From Tubiluchus corallicola (lineage: Eukaryota > Animalia > Priapulida), in NCBI GenBank assembly GCA_030141605.1, contig JAQGDQ010000290.1:124001-188000 (forward strand): 64,000 bases of DNA. Direction: 5' to 3'. Positions 53,587 to 64,000 of this stretch are shown piece after piece (position 1 is the first letter of the stretch; each line of letters starts with the position of its first letter). The notes under the pieces were generated by a model, which saw only the letters and a program-made list of their open reading frames with translations, was not told the DNA's origin and ran no database searches. A program made the position numbers and the translations under genes.

Positions 53587-54041
53587 AGAGGCAGGTGTAA
53601 ACATGAATCTAAAAGTATGGCTCATGGTTGACCACGTTGTGAGGTAGGTGTAAACATGAATCTAAAAGTATGGCTCATGGTTGACCACATTGTGAGGTAG
53701 GTGTAAACATGAATCTGAAAGTATGGCTCATGGTTGACCATGTTGTGAGGTAGGTGTAAGCATGAATCTGAAAGTATGGCTCGTGGTTGACCACGCTGTG
53801 AGGCAGGTGTAAGCATGAATCTGAAAGTATGGCTCGTGGTTGACCACGTCGTGAGGCAGGTGTAAGCATGTGGTTGACCACGCTGTGAGGCAGATGTAAG
53901 CATGAATCTGAAAGTATGGCTCGTGGTTGACCACGTTGTGAGGTAGATGTAAGCATGAATCTGAAAGTATGGCTCATGGTTGACCACGTTGTGAGGCAGG
54001 TGTAAGCATGAATCTGAAAGTATGGCTCGTGGTTGACCACA
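53587..54041. repeat. 53-bp tandem repeat, ~9 copies
   Basis: Unit GAGGCAGGTGTAAGCATGAATCTGAAAGTATGGCTCGTGGTTGACCACGTTGT. Confidence 0.95.
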
Positions 54042-54191
54042 TTCATTTATGCTTACCAGACAAGTTAAAAACCACCTGGCTTATTTGAATTCGGGGTAAC
54101 TGGAGAGACTCAAATATCAATGGCCCACCATATCAGCATTTATTTAATCATGGATTTAAATGCCACGTCTGCAGACAAACAATGCTAGACT

Positions 54192-54348
54192 CGTGCAAGA
54201 AGTGACAATGTATGCAAAAAGTAACAATGAGTGAAAAAAGTAAGGTAACAATGTGTGCAAAAAGTGACAATGTGTGCAAAAAGTAACAATGTGTGCAAAA
54301 AGTGAAAATGTGTGCAAAAAGTAACAATGTGTGCAAAAAGTAACAATG
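54192..54348. repeat. 19-bp tandem repeat (AAAAGTAACAATGTGTGCA)n
   Basis: Directly visible. Confidence 0.85.
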
Positions 54349-54686
54349 GGTTCTATGTTCTAATACAAATTCTATGGGCTTAGTCAATTGTATGATAAAC
54401 ACTGCACATTACGTTGTACAAAACAAAAACTGCATTCGATTAAATAGTAAAAACAACTCCCCAGTGACACCCTTTTGAAGTATTGTTCTATACATAGGTC
54501 CAGCAATCACTATCTATGCATGCATGGCATTTAAATCTATGGGTCCAGCAATCACTATCTATGCATGCATGGCATTTAAATCTATGATATTTATAAAAAA
54601 AATTTCTGTACCTAAAAAAAAACTTGGCTGACATTCAACACCACTGAATACTCAGATTGCACTAATACTCAAAGAGTACAAAAATA

Positions 54687-54880
54687 CAGTCAAACCTCAT
54701 TGCAACCCCCCCCCCCCCTTTATAATGCCAATCTCACTTAACGCCCATATTTTTGGCAAAACAAAATATCTATTTTTGCATAGACATGTGTGTACTAATG
54801 CACCTCATTATAATGCCAAACTCGCTTAGCGCCATCTTTCTTTGTAGGCCAAAAGTAATCAGTATAAAGAGGTTTGATTG
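54687..54880. mobile_element. Short Tigger-like MITE
   Basis: TA-CAGTCAAACCTC ... GAGGTTTGATTG-TA. Confidence 0.7.
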
Positions 54881-54995
54881 TACAAAAACACACTTTATAA
54901 AGCATTAATAATCAGCTACTGTCGCTTTAATTTCCAGAATCATAAATATGCATAATTTATCGGCTTATAATAAAAACATTTAGCACTAAACTTAC

Positions 54996-55071
54996 TTCGA
55001 GTTGACGGATTGAATTCTCTCTCTCCTGTAGGACATCAAGATCAATGGCTTCTGCCTGAGCTTGCTGCTTC
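54996..55071 (-). CDS. STX7: Syntaxin-7/12, exon 6
   Basis: KQQAQAEAIDLDVLQERENSIRQLE; TAG/GTAAGT. Confidence 0.92.
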
Positions 55072-55392
55072 CTATATTAACAAAAATGCTTTTTATCTGA
55101 TATTTTATAGTACGAGCACTTAGTTTTACATGCATTTTCAGAAAATTCTTAAATGACAAAAAACCTTGGTTGGTCATGAACAACCTTTAGCCTTGTTTAC
55201 TTTCTACTTGTTTCCAATGGTTTTTCTAGTAAAAATTACTGTACAGGCCACATTGCCAATTAATCGATTACAATTTACAAAGTTTTTGTTTTAATTCTGT
55301 TCTCAAAGTGTACTTTAGGCCCAATAAATGAGTAAAAACCACAGGATCCTAGGATTTTTCTCTTATAATTTGTAAGCGATTGCCGGACTTAC

Positions 55393-55448
55393 GCGAAATT
55401 GATAAGCTGGTCATCACTTTGTGTGCTGGCTCTGTCATCAAATGATGC
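55393..55448 (-). CDS. STX7: Syntaxin-7/12, exon 5 (linker)
   Basis: ASFDDRASTQSDDQLINF; phase 0/2 bridges exons 4 and 6. Confidence 0.82.
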
Positions 55449-56544
55449 CTACAAAAAATTACAACAGACACATAGATAAAGAAATTCAAAAACTTTTATT
55501 TTCAAAGGTAGGTTGTGTGATTTTAGGGAGAACAGAGTCACGGTGGGATTTCTAAAAACATACTAAAAGTAAGAAAAGGTGGAAATATGGCACCCCTATA
55601 TTTGTGTATGTGTGGGTGTGGGGAGAGGGGGATGCAAGTGTGAGAGTGCACAATAATTTCTCAAACATTTTAGATAAACCATGGACAACAAAAATGGGTT
55701 TAAGCCCAAAAATCTGCTGTCCATAGAGCCATATCATTTACTGTATTACGAGTTTGCTTTCAGATAAAGACTACAGCCACCTATATAAAAAATGTATGTA
55801 ACAATAAACTTATTATAGCTGCATTTTAATATTTGAGAAAACCTGTCTATCAAAATTTCAAAATTTAGATCTCATTTCAAGCTTCCAAAATGTCTTCAAA
55901 TACAAAACAATACATTGGCAGGTGAGCTTCCTCCACGGACATGCTGAGCAAGCTTACAGCGACATCGCTTGGTCTTAGTTAATCTGCTTTTTATTAATGC
56001 CAGAAATTAAAAATCAATAACATTTTTGAAGAAAAGAGCCATGACATCACCTTATCTCCCCCCCTCCCCGAGAAACCAACATGAATGCTATCCTAGCACT
56101 GACAGCAAATCTGCAAAGCAAATTAGTTCCTCGTTGGGCATCTGTATAATTTATGGCCATCTGAGCTGCTAGTAAGAGCAGTACTAGACTTTTAAGATAA
56201 GTGTTCTTTACTCAAAGTTAAATCATCTTTCTTGCAGTTTTATTGATTCTTATCTATTCTTTTCTGTTTCTTCTGCATGTTAAGGGGCAGTCATTTCGTG
56301 ACAGCCCTTACTACAAGCAGCAAAATCAACTGAGATGATAGAGAAGTTACCATTAAAAATTGGATTTTTTCATTAAGCTAAACTAGTTTCTCTTTTGACC
56401 ATAAATATAAGATTTCACGTTGCCCTGTTACCTGTGGCAAAGACAACACACAAGACAAAGACAACATTTATATTTACTGTCGCTCATTTAACAGACAACA
56501 TTAGCACTAATGGCTGTTTAGCAACTTACACTTACAACAATACA

Positions 56545-56700
56545 GATAATGATGATGATGATGATAATGACGACAACAACGATGATGATAACGATGGTGA
56601 TGATGAAGATGACGGCAGTAACAATGATGATAACGATGGTGATGATGATGATGATGACGACAGTAATGATGATGATAACTATGGTGATGATGATGACATC
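56545..56700. repeat. Degenerate (GAT)n microsatellite
   Basis: Directly visible; flanked by duplicated SINE tail segments at 56473 and 56766. Confidence 0.9.
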
Positions 56701-56764
56701 ATTATTTTATTATTGTTGCTGGTGGCAATAGCCGCGTCAGTAAGAAGAAGAGAAAATGCAAGAA

Positions 56765-56940
56765 TTATTTACCGTCGCTCATTTAACAGACAACATTAGC
56801 ACTAACGGCTATTTAGGGACAACAACACAGATAACGACGCAACACGCAAATAAAAAATAACACGTAGGTTATATGCCATGGTGTTGGCAGTCGCTAGACT
56901 CGAACCCAAGACTGCGTGGTTGCAGTCTGAAATCTAGTTA
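56765..56940 (-). mobile_element. tRNA-derived SINE copy
   Basis: Reverse complement of the 11760-12010 family; B box GGTTCGAGTC. Confidence 0.75.
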
Positions 56941-56970
56941 CCCAATCCAGAAATGACCTAAAATACCTAC

Positions 56971-57105
56971 CATTTGTATTCCAGTTCGAGCTTTAGCTAT
57001 GCTAGCACGTTCTTTCTCTGCCACCCTGCGTTGTGCTGACTGGAAGTTGTTCAACGCATCAGAAAAATCTTTCGTGAGACTCTCTACTTGAATTTTACGT
57101 GCTCT
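56971..57105 (-). CDS. STX7: Syntaxin-7/12, exon 4 (Hc helix)
   Basis: RARKIQVESLTKDFSDALNNFQSAQRRVAEKER. Confidence 0.93.
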
Positions 57106-57220
57106 CTGAAAATCATTATTTACAAAATAATCTTAAAAAAATAAAAAAAATTTATTTGCAGAAATGTAAGGATTATTTATTAGCAGGTCGAAAAGAAAAT
57201 CATCCAATTAACAAATTATA

Positions 57221-57772
57221 CAGGGTGCCTCAAAAGTTACTATGCACTTTACATTTTCTATATTTTTTGAAAATTGGTACAGATGAACTAAAACCTCGGG
57301 CAATTATTTTAATCGTATTTGACAAAAATCTGGAAAGACTTCCTGGACTAGTAGGATTTGCTATTTTTCCCGCCATTTCCAGGGACCTCAGGAGCTTAAA
57401 AGAACCAATCGAATGGCAAGTCGGGCATCTTGCATTGAGAAAGTTTCTCGCAGCCCATGAGTGGGTGAGAAAGGGCTGGTTGTTGTCAAAAAACTGCATT
57501 GTTAAATGTGAGAAAACAGTGTGGCCCATCTGGTCCAGTGAACTTCTGTCGGTGATTGAATGACCTCGTGCCAGGCTGATTCTTCACGTCATTTCTAACA
57601 TTACTCCCATCGCCATAGTAATGGGGTTCGAATCCAACAATAAATAAAAGGAATTGCCAAAGACTCCTTTTGATTCATGTAAGGGCTTGTTGAGATTGGA
57701 GAAAAACTTAAGAAGAAAATTAGAAATCAAAGTGTATAGTGACACATGTCACACAAGTTTTGAGACACCCTG
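57221..57772 (-). mobile_element. Internally deleted Tc1/mariner transposon
   Basis: TA-CAGGGTGCCTCAAAA ... TTTTGAGACACCCTG-TA; transposase-like remnant THSWAARNFLNARCP..SIG on the minus strand. Confidence 0.8.
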
Positions 57773-57993
57773 TACATAATGGCTGTCTAGAAAGAAAATC
57801 CTTGGCTTTTGCCATAAACTGTAACCAGGGCTTCTGTATGGTTTCAATCTTGTACAGAAATCAAAAATATTTGTAATGTTCAACACATAAAATATGTTTA
57901 AAATATAAAATCAAGTTAGTACAACTAAGCTTTTGTTTTTATAAAAGATAATGGGAAACATTTTGTGGTAGGGCAATTGTTAATCGTGGCTAC

Positions 57994-58364
57994 TCGGGGT
58001 GAGCGTTCTCTACCAGAAAGCGAATTCGAATCGAATCGAACTTCTGTATTTTGAATTCGAATGGAGATTGAAAGATTTTCAAACAAGCTTTTGTGCATTT
58101 GAACCACCAACAAAAATTACAAAGATCACGCATATTAAAAGGCTTTGTTCTGCAGTAAAACTGCTAATAATTTGTTTGAAAATTGTGCACAGAATTCACA
58201 GCTAAGTTACGCTAATTTCATGACGTTTCAAACGTTTGAACGATAAAAAAAGTATGTGGTTGAAGAACTGCTGAATTATTGGAATCTATAGTTTTAGGTT
58301 CGAATCGTGTTTAAACTAAAAAAACTCGTTCGAGTCCAATGCAAACGTTCAATGCTCACCCCTA
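57994..58364 (+). mobile_element. hAT MITE with 8-bp TSD
   Basis: TIR T(C/A)GGGGTGAGC / GCTCACCCCTA; TSD GTGGCTAC at 57986-57993 and 58365-58372. Confidence 0.88.
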
Positions 58365-58447
58365 GTGGCTACTGTAATAAGGAAAGAAATAATCAGATTA
58401 AGTAATTAAATAAGTGTTTTTTAATATGTAGTTTATATGTAGTGCAC

Positions 58448-58547
58448 CTGCTCAGATTGCGCAGTGGGCTGTGATAACTTTGCAATGTCTTTTACATATC
58501 TGTTGGTATCCTTTGCCAGTTGATTTGTATAATGCTGAATTTGACCT
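58448..58547 (-). CDS. STX7: Syntaxin-7/12, exon 3 (Hb helix)
   Basis: QIQHYTNQLAKDTNRYVKDI...SEQ. Confidence 0.93.
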
Positions 58548-58878
58548 CTGAAAAAAAACATTTTTTTAAATACATCCATTTACACGACATTTTATAAATG
58601 AAATATAAAATGTGCAATATTACGCAGAGTCACAGAAAATACGCCATTAATATAAATTACCTAACACCATTAGCTACCAGACATAAAAATTTCGAACTTT
58701 ATATAATTCTTCTCTTAACAACACCATCATGCTGTATATGACAGATGAAACTATTTGGTAAATGTTTAAGTTTAAACTGTTGGTTTCATTAAATGAGAAA
58801 CTGATTGGAGGTGGTGAAAACACATTTTTAAAATGAAGCCCAGTTATAGTGATTATGCCATGTTTAAAAGAAGCCCAT

Positions 58879-59292
58879 GATTATGTGCCAAGTTATAAAA
58901 CATTTTTGTACATTTGACTCTTTTAGAAAAGGTACTTTCTTTGTGTCTTAGATACTAACTAAAGACATTTTCTAATTTTGGATAATAAAAGCAGTGAAAA
59001 TAACAGTCAGCACACACTTAATCAAAGACATGGCTTCATTCAGACAATGCAATGTTTCGATGCAGAACGTTTCCTGAACATGACCTTAACTGGTCGAAAC
59101 GTTGCAGATGTTGTCTCAGAATAAAAGACACGTCTTTGCTTAGGTGGCTGCTGACAGTTATTTTCACTGGTTTATCATACAGAATTGGAAAATGTCTTTT
59201 GTTAATTATCTGTAGTTAAGACACAAAGAAGAAAGTACCTTTTCTAAAAGATACAAATGTACAAAAATGTTTTATAAATGGGCACATAATCA
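58879..59292. mobile_element. Imperfect ~410-bp palindrome, Penelope-like inverted pLTR remnant
   Basis: Arms 58879-59060 and 59094-59292 are reverse complements; centre has CCTGAACATGACC..GGTCGAAACGTTG. Confidence 0.65.
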
Positions 59293-59426
59293 CAAGGATG
59301 AAAGAACCCTATACAAAAGTGATTAGTACTTTCCACTTGTACTTTCTGTACTTTTGTGCTTATAATTTACATGAGCAGATTTTCCTTAGAAAGTAACTTT
59401 TCTGATGTAATTTGCACTTACGTCTA

Positions 59427-59616
59427 AAAGCAACCGTAGTGGGTACTTTTTTCACTCTATTAATTTTTGCTATACTATACAATCAAACTGCAGAAATTGT
59501 GTCAACTGTTAAACAAAAAAAGCAACCGTAGTGGGTACTTTTTCCATTCCATTAATTTTTGCTACACTATACAATCAAACTGCAGAAATTGTTTCAACTG
59601 TTAAACAAAAAGCAAC
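59427..59616. repeat. ~93-bp tandem duplication
   Basis: AAAGCAACCGTAGTGGGTACTTTTT...CAACTGTTAAACAAAAA twice. Confidence 0.9.
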
Positions 59617-59629
59617 GTAAGATGATTAC

Positions 59630-59699
59630 AATTTCTCCCAAAGTTGCTCCGTTTCCTGTGGAGAACCAAGCTGGTTAGTCATTCTCTGAATCTGAGCCA
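59630..59699 (-). CDS. STX7: Syntaxin-7/12, exon 2
   Basis: VAQIQRMTNQLGSPQETEQLWEKL, 70 nt, phase 1/2. Confidence 0.92.
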
Positions 59700-59799
59700 C
59701 TGTAAATAAAAGTGAGCAGGCTGTCAATAGGATTTTGAAAAAGTGAGATTGACGCATAACTACAAGCAAAAATATCAACAAAATAAGCACAATAATAGT

Positions 59800-60330
59800 G
59801 ATAATAAATAATAAATTTATTTTTATTAAGCGCCTTACACAATATGTCTCAAAGCGCTTTACAGCAGCCGAGAAAATGTTACAACTACAAAGTTACAACT
59901 TGAAATAAAATTACAAAGTTAAAAATATACCTTCACAAATGCCAACAAATCATCAAACTTTTCACTGTACTTAGAATAATAAAACAGCAGGAAGTTATCA
60001 AAACTGAATGGATCCAATAAGAGAAAAATAATGACAAACCAAAGTTAGAAAAACCATCTTAAAATTTCTTTGTTAAAAGTAATAAACTTGTCATTAATAG
60101 TTAAGCAAAATCAAAGTTAATAAAATAGTTATTTAAATATTAAAGAGATGTGTTTTTAAGTGTTTCCTAAAAAGTGTAAAATCATTAATACACCGTAGTG
60201 TGTTGGGGAGGTCGTTCCACAACTTTGGCCCACAAGTCGATATTACCCTGTAGCCTATGCCTGAAGTATGTGAGCATGTGCTTGTTGAAGCAACAGTTGA
60301 TTGGAGGAATGAGTCTGACGTTGGCAATGA
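59800..60330 (-). mobile_element. 3' fragment of an L2-clade LINE
   Basis: ORF2 end GPKLWNDLPNTLR...FRKHLKTHLF*; 3' stem-loop AAAGCGCTTTGAG...AAGGCGCT before an A/T-rich tail. Confidence 0.82.
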
Positions 60331-60600
60331 GCTTTCAAAATTTCAGTAAGTATTAATGCTATACGTTGTTAACATTTGTATTAAAACACAATAACTTTTC
60401 ACCTATAACATATCTGATAAATAATTGAATTTATTATGTAATAAAATTTTTGGTGGAAAAGTTTGACATTACATTTTACTGTCGATATTACAAAGTCCTT
60501 TAAATTACCTTTTTAAATTCGACAGTAATTTGCCATACAAAAGTACCAAAAATAAGGACAAATGAATGTGCCAAAAATGGGCCATGAAATAAGTCCTTAC

Positions 60601-60727
60601 CATTTTGCTGAATTTTCTGTACATTGCTCCCAATAACCTGTGATAAACGAGCAAAATCGGCAGCACTGTCAGTACCATGATCCTGATGGAACGTTGAGTA
60701 AGCACTGCTACCGTAGTCCTGTGCCAT
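60601..60727 (-). CDS. STX7: Syntaxin-7/12, first coding exon
   Basis: MAQDYG...DFARLSQVIGSNVQKIQQN, donor G|GTAAGG; nine exons join to 270 aa with no frameshift. STX7 versus STX12 cannot be resolved here. Confidence 0.9.
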
Positions 60728-62671
60728 TGTTAATTTTCAAACAGGCAAGTTAAACACCTAGCATTAATTAATTAATTAATTAATTAATATACTAGCAACG
60801 GTCTGCAAAACTTATTTCATATATTAAATGAGCATATTTTATTAAAATTTTCTTAGCTCTAGCATAAGAATTAAAAAGGATTTAAATAAATTCTTTCCGA
60901 AGACTAGATTTCGGATAGCTCATTGTATTGCTACAGGTAAAATTTATTTCCAGTTTTTAAACAAGGACACAGCCAATTCTGGTTTTATAAAGATTATGTG
61001 TAACAGTCTAAAACATTGGTTGCACAATAGTTTTTGAGAAAAGCTATTACAAGTATTGCATGACTGAAATTCACAATTCACTATGTTACAAATATTGGGC
61101 AATAAATTGAAAAAAGTGTCTCTGTACCACTGCGCCACAAACATTGAAGAATTAAAAACAAATTGCCAAGTTTCATGTTTTAGTAACATCTTAGCTTACA
61201 CCTTGCAAACTACCAATAAGTTACATTACCTCATAATTTGTATATATGTTTATATATATATAATAATATATATACACACACGTGTGTGTGTTTGTGTGTG
61301 TGTGTGTGCGTACGTGTGTACTGTATGTATATACAGTACACATGTGAAAAAAAGTAAAAGCTGCAAAGGAATTATTGCAGCTAATAAAGCAGCCTTAAAG
61401 TTAAAGCCAAGCCTTTTGGAAACTTAGGTTTGTTTCGATATTTACACTTTTAGAAAGATTTAGTAATAAAAGTGCAATAAGTGCCGATTTTGGGTGTAAT
61501 TAGTAAAATCACTTTAAAGTCGCGATCATTTCACACTTGGGTGCTCCCATTTTGAATGCCCATTCTTCCGCCAATGATGTCACTAATCGGCTAAAGATTA
61601 ATCATATCTTTCCTTAAAAGCCTTCTACATTTGGATGACTTGCATTACAGATATGTTCCAGCAGAGAAGTGAAAATTAGGTGACTTGTATGAGGTATGCC
61701 TATATAAACAACACATGTTAATGTAGATATGCAAGTTTCTTGTCACAAACGAGGCAAGGTTATAACTCAAATGCAGTCATTTTTTGAAACTGTAAATATA
61801 TAATGTATATATACTTAGGGAATAACTAGCTACATTTTGCAATGTGCTGTAAACCACTGGAATAGTTTATAGTAAGCCAAACTTAAGACTTTGTAAGAAT
61901 TTGTAAGAAGAGACTGAATGCTTTACAATTTCTTAGAAGACAATATTACTGTGAAAGCATAGTATTCCATTCATTTTTCATACTGGTTACATTAAGAGAC
62001 TTTGTTTTGTAAGCAGAGGCACATGCCATAGGGCAAAGGAGACCAAGTGTGTCGGTGTTCTGTGTGCGTCGGCAGGATGTTTCTCGTGATCATAGTTAAC
62101 AACACTGAGAAGCCACTTGTGAGTAGAAAAAGCCATCGTCCTGTCGTTTTTAAAGCGATTTTAAAACAGCTGTGCTAAATAGAAACGTTTCCTTAATGTA
62201 ATACAAACCAAGATTGCGCAAACTGCTTCAATTATCCAAAATAATAAAAGTTACATTACTCACACTTTGTTACGTTCGAGCAAAATACTCTTCCATTCAA
62301 GAATGACTAAGAAAAATAATAACAAACGATTTTCCTTTCAAGATACAAGTAAAACACCATCTTGCTGAATCAATTAACATTAGTTATACTAAATGCACCT
62401 GTAATGTTTTACCAAGACGCCCATTTACCACGATCTAGGCGCAAATAAAACGTTGCGGTGTTTGACTGGGTGGCTGTCTGCGAAGTTGCGAACTCAATCA
62501 ATTCCTGTAAAGTTTACCAAACTCATGTTACATAAAAAAACCTGAAAGAGTTATTGGTATAATCATGCGAAACAAATAGCTGCTTAAATGGGACTCCCAG
62601 AAAATTATTTTCACAGACAATTTAAACCTTTTCCCCCATGCCCCTTTCTTCCATCCCCCTTGTTCTGTATT

Positions 62672-62800
<129 letters not shown>

Positions 62801-63108
62801 TCCCCTCGCTCCCTCACACCCTATCTCTCTTTTTTCTGTTTCGTTTTTCCCTTTGCCCCATCTCTCTTTTGTTCTTTCTCTTTCTGCTCTCTTTTAGTTA
62901 TCCAAACGATGCAATGTTTAAGTAATCACTGTTGTATTTTTAGTTCTTGTTCTCGAAAAAATATTTTGTTTTGAAACCTTCACTGCTACAATTTCATATT
63001 ATCGCTTTTAGCATAAAATTGCTTTACCAAGGTAACATGCATTGTGTATTTTCCTCTGCATATAATTACTTCAAATTTAACCGATTTTAATAGAACTTGA
63101 AATAAAGT

Positions 63109-63195
63109 TTAATAGTAATAATAATAATAATTACAATTATTACAATTATTATTATTATTATTATTATTATAATTATTATTATTATTATTATTATT

Positions 63196-63271
<76 letters not shown>

Positions 63272-63295
63272 TATTATTAATAATAATAATAATTT
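63109..63295. repeat. Compound (AAT)/(ATT)/(ATC) microsatellite
   Basis: Directly visible. Confidence 0.93.
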
Positions 63296-64000
63296 ATTTA
63301 TATGTTTATTATAAAAAATTAAAAATAATGCTAAGACTTCACATAAGGCTTCACGAGCTAAATAGATTAAATTTTGTCAACATCTTGGAGTCCACGTGTT
63401 GCTCAATAAATTATGCTCTTTCCCAAGATTTTTTTTGCAGGTTCTTCTGTGACAGGCGGCAGGGCCATTCACCATTATCTTAGTGAACAAATAATTGTGA
63501 CAAATTTGTCTGTAACTTGGTACACTAACAAGGCGCGGTGAATTTACTCGTTTATTTCGGTGCGCTTATATGAGCGGTGTTTTTGTTATTTTAGCAAATG
63601 GAAGAAAATGGCAGTTTACATGAGTTTTTATGCAAATTGCGTTGTTATTTAAGTTTCTTAATTAGTATTTTACATTATCGCTTATATTTGTTAAAAAATT
63701 AATTTTGTTAATTTTTGCAATGAAGTCTACAATCTACAAACTCGCTAACTCTTTCTTTGTAATGGGACTCGGTCTGTGTTTAGGCATTACGCTCAGTATC
63801 ATCGTGACTCCTTTTTTGGTAGATGATTGCTTAATTCCTTCAAAGTCTCTGTTGATGAAAGAAAACATTACTGATAAATTTGAGCCACGACAACTTAATG
63901 CAAATGAACGTGCTAAACGTGATCATGTTGAAGACAGAAAGCCACCAGTTCGCCCTCGCTTTGCGCGAGATGAACTCGGAATAAGAGAAAAACTATTTGT

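Overview
AT-rich, repeat-dense animal (probably invertebrate) nuclear DNA with spliceosomal introns; it is not prokaryotic, and no CRISPR or operon features are evident. Five protein-coding genes all lie on the minus strand. (1) A complete syntaxin-7/12 gene with 9 coding exons (60727-50793, 270 aa). (2) An 8-exon D-3-phosphoglycerate dehydrogenase (48153-36119) that appears to end in a 2-codon exon, giving a ~316 aa enzyme without ASB/ACT domains. (3) A 2-exon secreted PAN/apple + C-type lectin gene sitting between ~610 bp direct repeats. (4) An intronless rhodopsin-class GPCR. (5) The first coding exon of a cytoplasmic intermediate-filament gene. The rest is mobile DNA and tandem repeats: a 5S rRNA-headed retroposon with a TSD, tRNA-derived SINEs, several 3' LINE fragments, hAT-, Tc1/mariner- and Kolobok-type MITEs, a Penelope-like palindrome with a degenerate hammerhead core, and many mini- and microsatellites. 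Exon boundaries were read by hand from GT/AG sites and phase continuity. No database searches were run, so family assignments rest on recognised motifs.
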